In this document: positions 26,505 through 35,337 of the stretch, in pieces | Position numbering within the stretch: the stretch's first letter is position 1 | How the letters are laid out: every line of letters starts with the position of its first letter | DNA from: a virus | Taxonomy: Duplodnaviria; Caudoviricetes | Length of the DNA: 64,000 bases | IMG/VR virus record: IMGVR_UViG_3300027917_000018 | Location: 1 to 64,000 of that record | Reading direction: 5' to 3' (one strand) | Notes under the pieces: model-generated | What the model saw: only the letters and a program-made list of their open reading frames with translations | Databases searched by the model: none | Told to the model about the DNA's origin: nothing | Translations under genes and position numbers: made by a program

Positions 26505-28406
26505 TTACGGATTGGCATAGTTACGTTCAAGCGGCGCGATCAAGGAAACGCTGTTCGTAACCGCCCGAGCGATCGTGCTCGTGGCCCGGACATACTGGCT
26601 GGTGTTTAACCCGATGGCAACCGCCGTAATCGGCGCATCCAGCGGCGGCGTCCGGCCACCCTGAATGTTGCCGTCATAGTTAAACGACCGCTGAATCGAG
26701 GTCTGCCCGCCAACCGTTCCTGTCATGTCGACGCTCACGTTGTCCTGAACGAGGATCGCGGAGGTCGAATTGAACGGGTTGTAATAGAGCGTCACCGAGG
26801 GGCCGGGGCCTTCGTTGGTGAAGAACTCGTCACCGCTGTCCGCCTTTTTGACCCACACGCTGCCCGAATAGCCCTGGCCCTGGGCCTCGTACATCCCGTT
26901 GTTGTTCGTGCCGACGAACCCGCTGACCAAAAACTGCTCGAACGGGCTGATTTCCGACAGGTCGGTTACGGTGCCGTAGCTGGTCAGCGTGCCGTAGAGT
27001 GATCCGGCGCTGGTCATGGCCAGGTCGGTGCCGGTGACCGAATGGGTGTAGGTGAACCAGACCCAGTAGGTGGAGGCCGTGTCGTTGACGACGTTCGCGC
27101 CGAAGTTGATCGTCAGCGCGGCCACGTACGGATAGGTCCTTGAAACGCCGCCGTTGTCGTAGAATTCCAGCCGGTTCGTGTCCGAAGCCTGGAAGCCCTC
27201 GATGATGACGCCCGAACCGCCGCCGTTGGGGTTGGTCGGAATGCCGCCGCCGCAGATCAGTGTGTCACCGACAAAAAGCAGCAGCTCGTCGGCAATCTTA
27301 CCGATGACCGTTTGGTCCGTGGAGTCGATGTCGCTGTTCTGGCGCAGGAGGTACTGGACCTTCGTGTAAATCTCCTCGGCGCTCGCCGTAATCGGCGTGG
27401 CTCGTTGGAGCGTAAACGAAACGTTTGTGTCGCCCGTGAATGGGCCACCGGAGATGTTGACCGTCGTGCCAGTGGCCGTTGTGATCGTGTAGATGCCCTT
27501 GTCGACGCCTTCATGGACTGTCAGGGTGCCGCCGTCGTAGGTCGTGGCGGGGATGCCGCCTTCTGCTGACGTAAGCGTCGTGCCCGAGGTCGTGCCGTCG
27601 ACGCCAGACATCGTGCCCGCGTCGATGACGATGCCGAAGTTTCGGCCCACGCCTGGCGTGTCCACGTCCCGCGTAAACGCCTGGTCGAAGTACCGAATGA
27701 GGATTTGCGTGTACGGGGTCGTCGTGGACACGGTGGCGTCATCATCGGTGATCTGGAGGTCGGTGCCCGTCGATAGCGGGAACCGGTACGCCTGCGGGGC
27801 AAGAGACGTAACACCGATGTCCGACAGTGTGGACGATCCGTAAAGCTGCGCGTACTCACGGACGTAGATCGTAAACACCGTTCGGTAGTCGAAGTCAGGC
27901 GATCCGTCACCGTTGTCGTCCCGGTAGGTCTGAACGGCCTGGTTAACCTGGCCGGTCAACTGCGTGTTGGTCGCGCCCACGCCCTGGTTGTAGTAGAGCT
28001 GATCGTCGGTCTCGATCGTGCCCAGGCCGATGATACCGGCCCATTGCTGGGTGAAGTTGCCTGCTGTATTTCGGACCGACCAGCCTGCGTCACGGAGAAG
28101 GTAGCGCCCCGCATCGTCGTACATGTCCCAGCCGTCCACGAACTCGAAGGACTCATCCGTAATCGGGACAAGCGGGAATGGGAAAGCCGCCAGGTTTTTG
28201 CTGTTCGGGTCGTTCTTCCATTCCTCCTTCAGGAAGGAATACAGGGCCTTCAGCGTGACACCATTTTCGTTTTGAACGCCTGAACTCGACAGATTGCCCG
28301 TCACTGTGAGCCGAATGGTCTTGTCGTTTACATTGACGAAGACCTCGGTCGTGCCGGTATATGTCGCCTCATCATTCAGATCGTCGGGATCAATGATTTT
28401 TGCCAT
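26505..28406 (-). CDS. putative virion structural protein
   Basis: Thr/Gly-rich 633 aa; N-terminal GVTLKALYSFLKEEW...DGW domain. Confidence 0.6.
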   Translation of the reverse strand: MAKIIDPDDLNDEATYTGTTEVFVNVNDKTIRLTVTGNLSSSGVQNENGVTLKALYSFLKEEWKNDPNSKNLAAFPFPLVPITDESFEFVDGWDMYDDAGRYLLRDAGWSVRNTAGNFTQQWAGIIGLGTIETDDQLYYNQGVGATNTQLTGQVNQAVQTYRDDNGDGSPDFDYRTVFTIYVREYAQLYGSSTLSDIGVTSLAPQAYRFPLSTGTDLQITDDDATVSTTTPYTQILIRYFDQAFTRDVDTPGVGRNFGIVIDAGTMSGVDGTTSGTTLTSAEGGIPATTYDGGTLTVHEGVDKGIYTITTATGTTVNISGGPFTGDTNVSFTLQRATPITASAEEIYTKVQYLLRQNSDIDSTDQTVIGKIADELLLFVGDTLICGGGIPTNPNGGGSGVIIEGFQASDTNRLEFYDNGGVSRTYPYVAALTINFGANVVNDTASTYWVWFTYTHSVTGTDLAMTSAGSLYGTLTSYGTVTDLSEISPFEQFLVSGFVGTNNNGMYEAQGQGYSGSVWVKKADSGDEFFTNEGPGPSVTLYYNPFNSTSAILVQDNVSVDMTGTVGGQTSIQRSFNYDGNIQGGRTPPLDAPITAVAIGLNTSQYVRATSTIARAVTNSVSLIAPLERNYANP

Positions 28407-28426
28407 AGCTCAAATTCGTTTACGGG

Positions 28427-28756
28427 TTACAGCTCTTGCACTAACATGTCCGAGATGAGGCCCTGGTCGTTACGCTTCACCGTGAAGCGGTATTGAGACT
28501 TCCCCTGGTTCATCACGAAATTGTCCTGGATGTGTGGCCTGCCGTCCGGCGGGCCTGTTTCGTCCGATTTCTCGGGCTTTTCAGGCCGCTCCGAAGACAT
28601 TTGCTGCAAAACCTGGGCGACCAGCGCCTTCAAATCCTGCGGCGGAGACCCCGGCTGCCCGGCTTCCTCCCCGTTGAACACGATGACCGTGCCTTCCTGG
28701 AGCGAAGCCGCCCGGCGCGGGACCATACTGTCCAGCAACGTTCGTGCTCTCGACAT
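28427..28756 (-). CDS. hypothetical protein
   Basis: 109-aa ORF preceded by TAGTTAA. Confidence 0.6.
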   Translation of the reverse strand: MSRARTLLDSMVPRRAASLQEGTVIVFNGEEAGQPGSPPQDLKALVAQVLQQMSSERPEKPEKSDETGPPDGRPHIQDNFVMNQGKSQYRFTVKRNDQGLISDMLVQEL

Positions 28757-28761
28757 ACGCC

Positions 28762-28768
28762 TTAACTA
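28762..28768 (-). promoter_or_regulatory. TAGTTA-class start-proximal motif
   Basis: TAGTTAA 5 nt before ATG 28756; no upstream stop codon explains it. Confidence 0.6.
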
Positions 28769-28803
28769 CGCGTGCCGCTGGGTGATCCCGTTCTTACCGA
28801 CGT

Positions 28804-29064
28804 ATGCGAATCGTCAAATACCGCAAGAGCAGCGACGGACCCTGGCAGCGTGGCATCCTTCACGGCTTCCTGGCCTCGGGTGGAACAACGGTCACCGCGA
28901 TCGTCGAGCAAATCGAGGGTCCCAACAAAAGCATGTGCGACACCTGCGCTGTCACCCTGGAGACTTTCGGCTTCGAGCAGGGGACCGAGGACTTCATCCG
29001 GGAGCAGCAGATGGCTCGGGCTCGGATGATGGGCGGGCCGGGCGGCCCGATCATTCCGGGTTAA
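28804..29064 (+). CDS. hypothetical protein
   Basis: 86-aa ORF preceded by GTTCTTA (28790). Confidence 0.55.
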   Translation: MRIVKYRKSSDGPWQRGILHGFLASGGTTVTAIVEQIEGPNKSMCDTCAVTLETFGFEQGTEDFIREQQMARARMMGGPGGPIIPG

Positions 29065-29165
29065 TTTGCTCCGTTATCGGAGCAAAATTGGGCAGACCTC
29101 CACAGGCGTTCACAAAAATTCCATTATTTGTTTGACTGGTCAAGCCAAAAAAGTAAACGTGAGGC

Positions 29166-29912
29166 GTGATCAAGCTGTTCCACGGCAATTATGCCGACAA
29201 GATCGATGGACGTTTCGATCTGATATTGGTCATGCCGCCGTGGAACATGCCGGGTCGCAAAATAAATGTAGGAGACCGCGCTTACTTTGACGGTTTACCG
29301 GAGTCGTCTTACGAGCTGAGCCAAGTAGCTCTTTGTGTGTGGTGCCACGCACACCTGGTTAAAGGTGGACAGGTCGTTTATCACCATCAAAATAGGCGTG
29401 TGCGTGGCCGCTTGATCAGCCCGCTTGCGTGGCTGAGTGCTAAAGAGCGCCACCGACTTGTGGTTCAAGAGGAAGTCGTCATCGCAAAGGGCAATTCCAA
29501 CAATTACGGTAAACATTTTCTTTTGCCCACGACGGAGCGCCTCTGGGTACTGCGCAGAATTGAGGATAGCCCTTCCGACTGCTACAGCGAGGCAAAGCCT
29601 GACGCTCTCTCAGAGCGCTGCGGTAACAGCACGCACGATCTTTGGCGTTTTAGTGGCCGAATCCACGGTGCCCCGCACAGCGCTGTGATGCTACCCGAAA
29701 TGGCCTACAGAATAATTCAGAAATGGAGCAGGCCAGGTGCTTTGGTCTGTGATCCTTACCTTGGCACCGGTACCACCATGCTTGCGGCACACCAACTGGG
29801 CCGATCCTTCGTGGGCGCAGAAATTAAGCTGGCTTTCTTCAAAATCGCTCAAAGATCGCTAGAAAAACTAAACCGAACCTATGCGCACCAAAGTAACCGT
29901 CACAAAAGTTAA
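29166..29912 (+). CDS. beta-class N6/N4 DNA methyltransferase with atypical MPPW motif
   Basis: FDLILVMPPWN (catalytic motif IV position) precedes H.A.M.PE+A.R.I...SRPG..V.DPY.G.GTT..AA..LGR.F+G.EI (SAM-binding motif I). Confidence 0.85.
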   Translation: MIKLFHGNYADKIDGRFDLILVMPPWNMPGRKINVGDRAYFDGLPESSYELSQVALCVWCHAHLVKGGQVVYHHQNRRVRGRLISPLAWLSAKERHRLVVQEEVVIAKGNSNNYGKHFLLPTTERLWVLRRIEDSPSDCYSEAKPDALSERCGNSTHDLWRFSGRIHGAPHSAVMLPEMAYRIIQKWSRPGALVCDPYLGTGTTMLAAHQLGRSFVGAEIKLAFFKIAQRSLEKLNRTYAHQSNRHKS

Positions 29913-31266
29913 GGACCTTGCCTCCGAAATAAGAATTCCAGCGTTCAAAGACGTTTCCTATGAAATGCTTAAGCGCTTTCCTGGAGTCCGTCCGCTGTTG
30001 GTCGCCGTTGGCAAGCCGAAGGTTATGCACGCGACGTACCATCGAGGGCAATATGAATTTGGGGTATGGCTTACGGCGGAAATGGCAAAGGCGCTGGGCG
30101 AGGCCGAGCGCTACGTGCCCAGGGACAAACAAAAAGGCGACTTTCTAAAACAACGAACCAAGGAATTTTCCAAAATACAGGTCGATGGCGGTGGTAAGCC
30201 TGGTTTGGGAGAGGCGCTGGTGACCACTGAGGGAAAAATCGTGGAAAAGAACCACTGGATTCAGGCCATCGGCGATTCAAAAGTTGCACAGTTCATCAGA
30301 TTCAGAGTTGGTGTGAGCCCGGATTTGGAAGGCCCCAGCGGTAACAACAGGGCGCGGCACATCAGGCTCAGGTTGGCTCTTGACGGAAAACCGGTGCTGT
30401 GCAGCGTCCGCGAATGGCCTTATGTTTCAGGGTACTATCGTCACTACTGTTTGGTCCGCAATGCGGTCGATACGGCGTACGCAAAGTTCTTGGTTGCTAA
30501 CCGGCCTTTAATTAACTGGGTTGATGGCTACCTTCCTACCGTTATCAATCGAGAGGCCATGAAGACAGCGCTTTTCGTTGCGGTACAAACTATGGGCAAA
30601 GATAAGATGCTTCCATTTCTGAAAGCACTCAAAAACAAGGATATTTCGACTCCGTGGGTGGCCGAGTACTTGCAAATACCCGTCCTCGCTAGAGGTAAAG
30701 AAAGGGACGCTGTTTGGGAAATGTCCCAAAGTTTCTTGATCGGTATGCGGGACGGCAAAAGACCCAGCACAAAAATCGTGTCCTCCCGTAGATGGGACAA
30801 AACAGTGGGAGAGTCGGTCGTTGAAGACCAGTTGCACGACCAGAACGACGTGGCCGTCGTTCGCAGGGCGCTTGGCGTCACCAGAGAACAGGCGAAACGC
30901 CTTGTTGGCTACGCCAGGTCTTGTGATGACTTTGAGGCCGCCTTAAAGCATTTGCGGGGAATACCGAAGCAGGAGCTTGTGTTTTTGATCGGTGAGGCCA
31001 AGCGCCTTGCTCGGTCTATGACTACCTTCAGCTTGCGGGCCGCCCTTCGTTTCGTGATCGGACATTACAATGACAAATACTTATCCTACATGCTTGGAGG
31101 GATCACTCACGCGATGTTGGTGGATAGCTGGAATGCTGTCCGCAACGACAGCTCGCGAAGATCGTTGACCCCGTTGGAACAGCTTAGCTTCGATCTGCCG
31201 TGGTTGGAAACTTACTATCAGGAATCCGTAGCCAAAATCAAAGCCTATGAAAAAATCTCGCGTTAA
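29881..31266 (+). CDS. hypothetical protein in low-GC island
   Basis: 461-aa ORF with AT-richer codons; no motif recognised. Confidence 0.7.
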   Translation: MRTKVTVTKVKDLASEIRIPAFKDVSYEMLKRFPGVRPLLVAVGKPKVMHATYHRGQYEFGVWLTAEMAKALGEAERYVPRDKQKGDFLKQRTKEFSKIQVDGGGKPGLGEALVTTEGKIVEKNHWIQAIGDSKVAQFIRFRVGVSPDLEGPSGNNRARHIRLRLALDGKPVLCSVREWPYVSGYYRHYCLVRNAVDTAYAKFLVANRPLINWVDGYLPTVINREAMKTALFVAVQTMGKDKMLPFLKALKNKDISTPWVAEYLQIPVLARGKERDAVWEMSQSFLIGMRDGKRPSTKIVSSRRWDKTVGESVVEDQLHDQNDVAVVRRALGVTREQAKRLVGYARSCDDFEAALKHLRGIPKQELVFLIGEAKRLARSMTTFSLRAALRFVIGHYNDKYLSYMLGGITHAMLVDSWNAVRNDSSRRSLTPLEQLSFDLPWLETYYQESVAKIKAYEKISR

Positions 31267-31438
31267 AGTCACAGGGCCTAAAAAGCAGTTTGGCCCTACC
31301 GAGCCTAGAAGGTGCCCGATCGACGGTCAGCTGTTTGCGTCGCCAGCACAAAAAGACGAACACATGCGAAAAGCGCACGGCTTTAAGCGGGAGCGGGTTT
31401 AATCACCCCGTCGAGCAGAACGACATCGGACCGAAAAC

Positions 31439-31469
31439 AAAAGCCCCGCCCAAGCGCTGGCGGGGCTTT
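31439..31469. terminator. probably bidirectional terminator
   Basis: Perfect 13-bp stem aaaagccccgcca-agcgc-tggcggggctttt. Confidence 0.85.
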
Positions 31470-31519
31470 TGAGTTGAGCGGCTAAACGCGGTGTGTATTT
31501 AGGCAAATGCGATAAGCGT

Positions 31520-31873
31520 ATGCCTGTATCCATCAGAAAACTCGACGGAAAGTACCGGGTCAGCACGCCCGGAGGCGTCAAGGCCCGCAGCACTACCAAA
31601 AAGAAGGCAGAACGCCAGGCTACCCTCCTGCGCGCCATCGACCACGGCTGGGAGCCCACCGGGGAACCGGCCCGTGAATCGGTTGAGGACGCCGGGGCGC
31701 GCCTGGCCAAGCTGATTCTGGACGGGGACAACGCGCCGGTCGACGAGCCACTGGAGCGATCCTTCGTGGAGCCGACCAAGTTTGGGGCCAAGGGGCTGAC
31801 CTCGCCGGAAGGGAAAACGGCGGGCAAGTTCCGCACGCCGCGCAACTGGAAAGTCGGCCACGCCATGAAGTGA
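31520..31873 (+). CDS. small basic hypothetical protein
   Basis: MPVSIRKLDGKYRV...TKKKAERQATLLRAI; ATG at 31520. Confidence 0.65.
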   Translation: MPVSIRKLDGKYRVSTPGGVKARSTTKKKAERQATLLRAIDHGWEPTGEPARESVEDAGARLAKLILDGDNAPVDEPLERSFVEPTKFGAKGLTSPEGKTAGKFRTPRNWKVGHAMK

Positions 31874-32205
31874 TGCCCAGCCCGGAGGCCATCGTTCTCG
31901 CCAGCCAAGTCCTGGAAATGGACTCGGTGAGGCGTTTTCTGGCCAAGCACGACATCTGGCGCACGCGGGAGCTGAAGGTCATTCCCGACCAGGTCTACCA
32001 GGGCTACTACAAGATTCCTCTGCTGGATCGCCGAGGCGAAGGCTGGTACAATCTGTTCCGGCCCCAAAAGAACCCCAAGGCCGAGTTGAAAAAGCGGCTT
32101 CAGCACCTGGTCCAGAATCGGCGGGGCTACCAGCCAGGCGACATTTTCCTGAGCCCTTGGGGCCGTTTTCTCGTGACCGACGTTCTTGGTATTAAGGAAA
32201 TCTAG
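31870..32205 (+). CDS. hypothetical protein
   Basis: Coupled ORF directly upstream of the tape measure gene. Confidence 0.6.
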   Translation: MMPSPEAIVLASQVLEMDSVRRFLAKHDIWRTRELKVIPDQVYQGYYKIPLLDRRGEGWYNLFRPQKNPKAELKKRLQHLVQNRRGYQPGDIFLSPWGRFLVTDVLGIKEI

Positions 32206-32208
32206 CCA

Positions 32209-34524
32209 ATGGCAGCACCAGTACCAGCCGGAGCCGGACCGATTGGTGGAGCCACCGCCGGGCTGAGCGGCCTGGCCAGCGCCGCTACCCAGGTCGGCCA
32301 GTCGGCCAATCAAGCACAGCAGGACATCGAGAGCCTCAATGCCTCGCTTTTTTCGCTTGGCAGGATTGCGGTCGCCGGAGGTCTCTTCAAGCTGGGCGAA
32401 GCGCTCGTGGGGTACGCCAAAGACTACCTGATTTTTGGCCAAAGACAGGCGCGGGCGCTCCAGGAACAGCTTGTTGAACAGCGGCAGCAGGCGGCGCTCA
32501 TGGAGCTTCAAGCTCAGTCCGCCCGCGATATTTTGGAGGCCCTAAGCCAGCTTCCCGGCATTGGAGTCGAGCAAGTTGCCGCGCAGCAAGAGCTGGTACA
32601 GCAAGCCGAGCAGCTGGCGGAGAGCACGAGGAAGTCCGCTGAATTTGCTGAGTTCAAATTGGAGGCGCATCAGCGCCTGCGAGGCCCACTGACCTTGCTC
32701 ACCACTACGGCAGGAATCCTCCTCGGCACGTACAGGTCCTTGCTGGATTACGCCGTTGCGTTGAACAAGAGTCTGGAGCAGGCCAATACCTCCTACCGGG
32801 TTCGCAATGAGATTCTCACGCGGGGCATGGAAGTCATGCGGCGGTCCGGCGTTGCCCAGGGCGAGGTCGCCGAGGCGGCGCGGGCCTTGGTCAATTACCG
32901 CCTGGAGGAGAGCGGCAGCCTCGGCACCAACCTGGATTTGATGACGAAGATGAACGTCGCCTTGGGCGTTCACTACGAGACCAGCGCCAAGGTCGCTACC
33001 GTTTACGAAAGAACGCTCGGGCGGGGCGTGCAGATGGTGGCTGACACCGTCGCCCGGATCGCCGCCAATACGGCCATCGCCGCCGAGAAGGCCGCCGATT
33101 ACGCCTTCCACGTGGCCAGGGCAGTGCGGCTTCTTGGTCCGGGCATGCGGATGGAAAGCGAACGGATCACGGAAGTCATCGCGAACTTGGCTGGCCGCAT
33201 TCAGGAGCTTGGCGGCGACTCCGAAACCGTCCTGAACCTGTTCCAGCAGATGACCTCTGGCACCGGCATGGGGCTTTGGCTCCGGGGTCGCGCCGGGGTC
33301 ACCGCTGCCGAACTGGGCACAGCGGGCGGTGCTGAGGCGGGATTGAGGGGTGTGGCGCGGGCAATCCGCGAGCTGGTTACGGCGGACCCTGAGAGGCAGA
33401 CCGAACTGTACCTGTTCCAGCTGACCGCTGCTGGCGAGGCGTTCGGCATGACCGCGCACCAAATTCGTGACTTGTTGGACGCAGTCGATGCCTTAAACAA
33501 GCCGCTTTCGCAACAAGCCACGTTGGAGAAGGCGTTTCGGGAGCAGCAGGCGCAAACGGCCAAGTCCGTTGAGCAGCTTCGGAATGCCTGGAGAGCCCTG
33601 ATCAATCAGGCTTTCATGCCAATCTATCCGGTTATCCGATCGATCATTGACGCCGTTACGGGCCTCCTGCGGGAGCTGACCGGCCATCCTGGAGCGCTCA
33701 AGCTTGCGATGGTGGGATTGACGGCAGCTGCCCTCGGAGCGGGCGTTGCCGTCGTTAATCTGACCAGGGCTCTCGTAGGCTTGATGACCCAAACAACGTT
33801 CGGCCAAGGTGCTCTGGCAGCGGCTAGGGGAACTGTTGGAGGCCGCCTGGCTGTGGGCGGTCTTGGCTGGTTGGCCACCGCCATTCGGGTCTCTGCGCCG
33901 TACGTTTTGCCGCTGATCGGCGGGTATCTGATTGGCAGCATTTTTCGCGAGTCGCTTATCCAGTGGCCGATCTTCAAGCAGTTCGACAAGCTTACGGAAC
34001 TCGTTGCGCGCTGGTATTACGGCTGGAAGGAAACCGCCACACCCAGCTATACCCCGACTCAAAGACTCGGAGCAAAAAGCGGTATTGGTCTCTTGACGGA
34101 GGCGGCGATGGCTGGAGTCAAAGGTGATGTCGAAGCTCTTCGGGCCAGGTATTACGAGGCGACGAAGATTGGCGTTGATCCGACCAAAGGCGCGGCTTGG
34201 ATCGAAGCCGTCATGCCAAAAATGATGGCTGGGTATCAGCAACAGGAGCGCCTGAGTCGGCTGTCTCTGCCCAGCGCGGAGTCGGTCGCGGCTGAGAACC
34301 GCATCGTGGAAGGCTTCAAGCGGGCTTTGGCGGAAGTCGCTGGAGACGAACTGAAGAGCATTGGCGCACGAGGTCAAAAGAGCTTCGAGCTGAACCAGAA
34401 AATGTTGAGGTTACGGCAGGAGGGCGAGGGCCTGTACGACAAAGAGCTGTTTGAAAACACATTCAGGGAACTTGGCACGGGCGCTGGCGTAGGCTCATAC
34501 TCAGTGCCCGGCTTTGGAATTTAG
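32209..34524 (+). CDS. tape measure protein
   Basis: 771-aa Ala/Gly/Leu/Gln-rich helical protein with hydrophobic G/A-rich stretches, followed by a baseplate-like gene. Confidence 0.75.
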   Translation: MAAPVPAGAGPIGGATAGLSGLASAATQVGQSANQAQQDIESLNASLFSLGRIAVAGGLFKLGEALVGYAKDYLIFGQRQARALQEQLVEQRQQAALMELQAQSARDILEALSQLPGIGVEQVAAQQELVQQAEQLAESTRKSAEFAEFKLEAHQRLRGPLTLLTTTAGILLGTYRSLLDYAVALNKSLEQANTSYRVRNEILTRGMEVMRRSGVAQGEVAEAARALVNYRLEESGSLGTNLDLMTKMNVALGVHYETSAKVATVYERTLGRGVQMVADTVARIAANTAIAAEKAADYAFHVARAVRLLGPGMRMESERITEVIANLAGRIQELGGDSETVLNLFQQMTSGTGMGLWLRGRAGVTAAELGTAGGAEAGLRGVARAIRELVTADPERQTELYLFQLTAAGEAFGMTAHQIRDLLDAVDALNKPLSQQATLEKAFREQQAQTAKSVEQLRNAWRALINQAFMPIYPVIRSIIDAVTGLLRELTGHPGALKLAMVGLTAAALGAGVAVVNLTRALVGLMTQTTFGQGALAAARGTVGGRLAVGGLGWLATAIRVSAPYVLPLIGGYLIGSIFRESLIQWPIFKQFDKLTELVARWYYGWKETATPSYTPTQRLGAKSGIGLLTEAAMAGVKGDVEALRARYYEATKIGVDPTKGAAWIEAVMPKMMAGYQQQERLSRLSLPSAESVAAENRIVEGFKRALAEVAGDELKSIGARGQKSFELNQKMLRLRQEGEGLYDKELFENTFRELGTGAGVGSYSVPGFGI

Positions 34525-34527
34525 CGT

Positions 34528-35337
34528 ATGCCGCAAAGTGTCAGACGCCAAAAGAGCTACCCGTACATCGGGCGCTTGATCGTCCTGGAGGGGCCGGGCG
34601 ACAAGCCGCTTTTGGACGGCAACTACACTGGCGAGTACACGTCGGCGGTGCAGATCAATTTTCCGGCGATGCCGGACACCATCGAGCTGGCGCGCCGGGC
34701 CAATTACACGGTGCGCACGAGCCCGGCCTTCCCGGACGGCATCCACCAATACATGGGCACGGAGGTTCTGAACATTCCGATCAGCTTCGAGTTGCACCAT
34801 GCCGATCGTGAGTACTGTCCAAAGGGTCCCTACACGCTGCTGCAACTTGCGGCGGAGCTGGAGTCCCTGATTCTGCCGTTCGGTAGCGACGCGATCCAGA
34901 CCGAGGTTGGCGAAACCTTCCAGTCCGAAAGGACCAACGCCGCCGTTAATCAGAGTGCGGCCCAACCCACTCAGGAACTGGGTGGCAACGTTATCAACGG
35001 CGAGTCGCTGTACCCGCCGCCGGTTTGCTACCTCCAGCTCATGCTGACCGAGTCGACGGGGCCGGGCATCGCCTGTCGCGGCTACGTTAACGACATCAAT
35101 GTCAAGCTTCACGGACCTTACATGCGCGGGCCGGGGATGGCGTTCAATTTGCCCACCAAAGGCACGTTCAGCTTCACCTTCGTTCACAATCCCGGCCACC
35201 AGAACGCCTTTCCGGCGTCCCGTTACAGCACGGTCTCAGTCAAGCAGGCGTACGCGCAGACGGTGCGCCGGAGGCTCTTCAACACGGTCGGGATTCAGAA
35301 TCCTGCGAACTACAAGGGCTTCAACGAAAGCCCTTAG
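34528..35337 (+). CDS. baseplate/tail-tube-initiator-like protein
   Basis: INFPAMPDTIELARRANY...QYMGT...ISFEL resembles the gp48/GpU/CIS-tube type; sits right after the tape measure gene. Confidence 0.55.
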   Translation: MPQSVRRQKSYPYIGRLIVLEGPGDKPLLDGNYTGEYTSAVQINFPAMPDTIELARRANYTVRTSPAFPDGIHQYMGTEVLNIPISFELHHADREYCPKGPYTLLQLAAELESLILPFGSDAIQTEVGETFQSERTNAAVNQSAAQPTQELGGNVINGESLYPPPVCYLQLMLTESTGPGIACRGYVNDINVKLHGPYMRGPGMAFNLPTKGTFSFTFVHNPGHQNAFPASRYSTVSVKQAYAQTVRRRLFNTVGIQNPANYKGFNESP

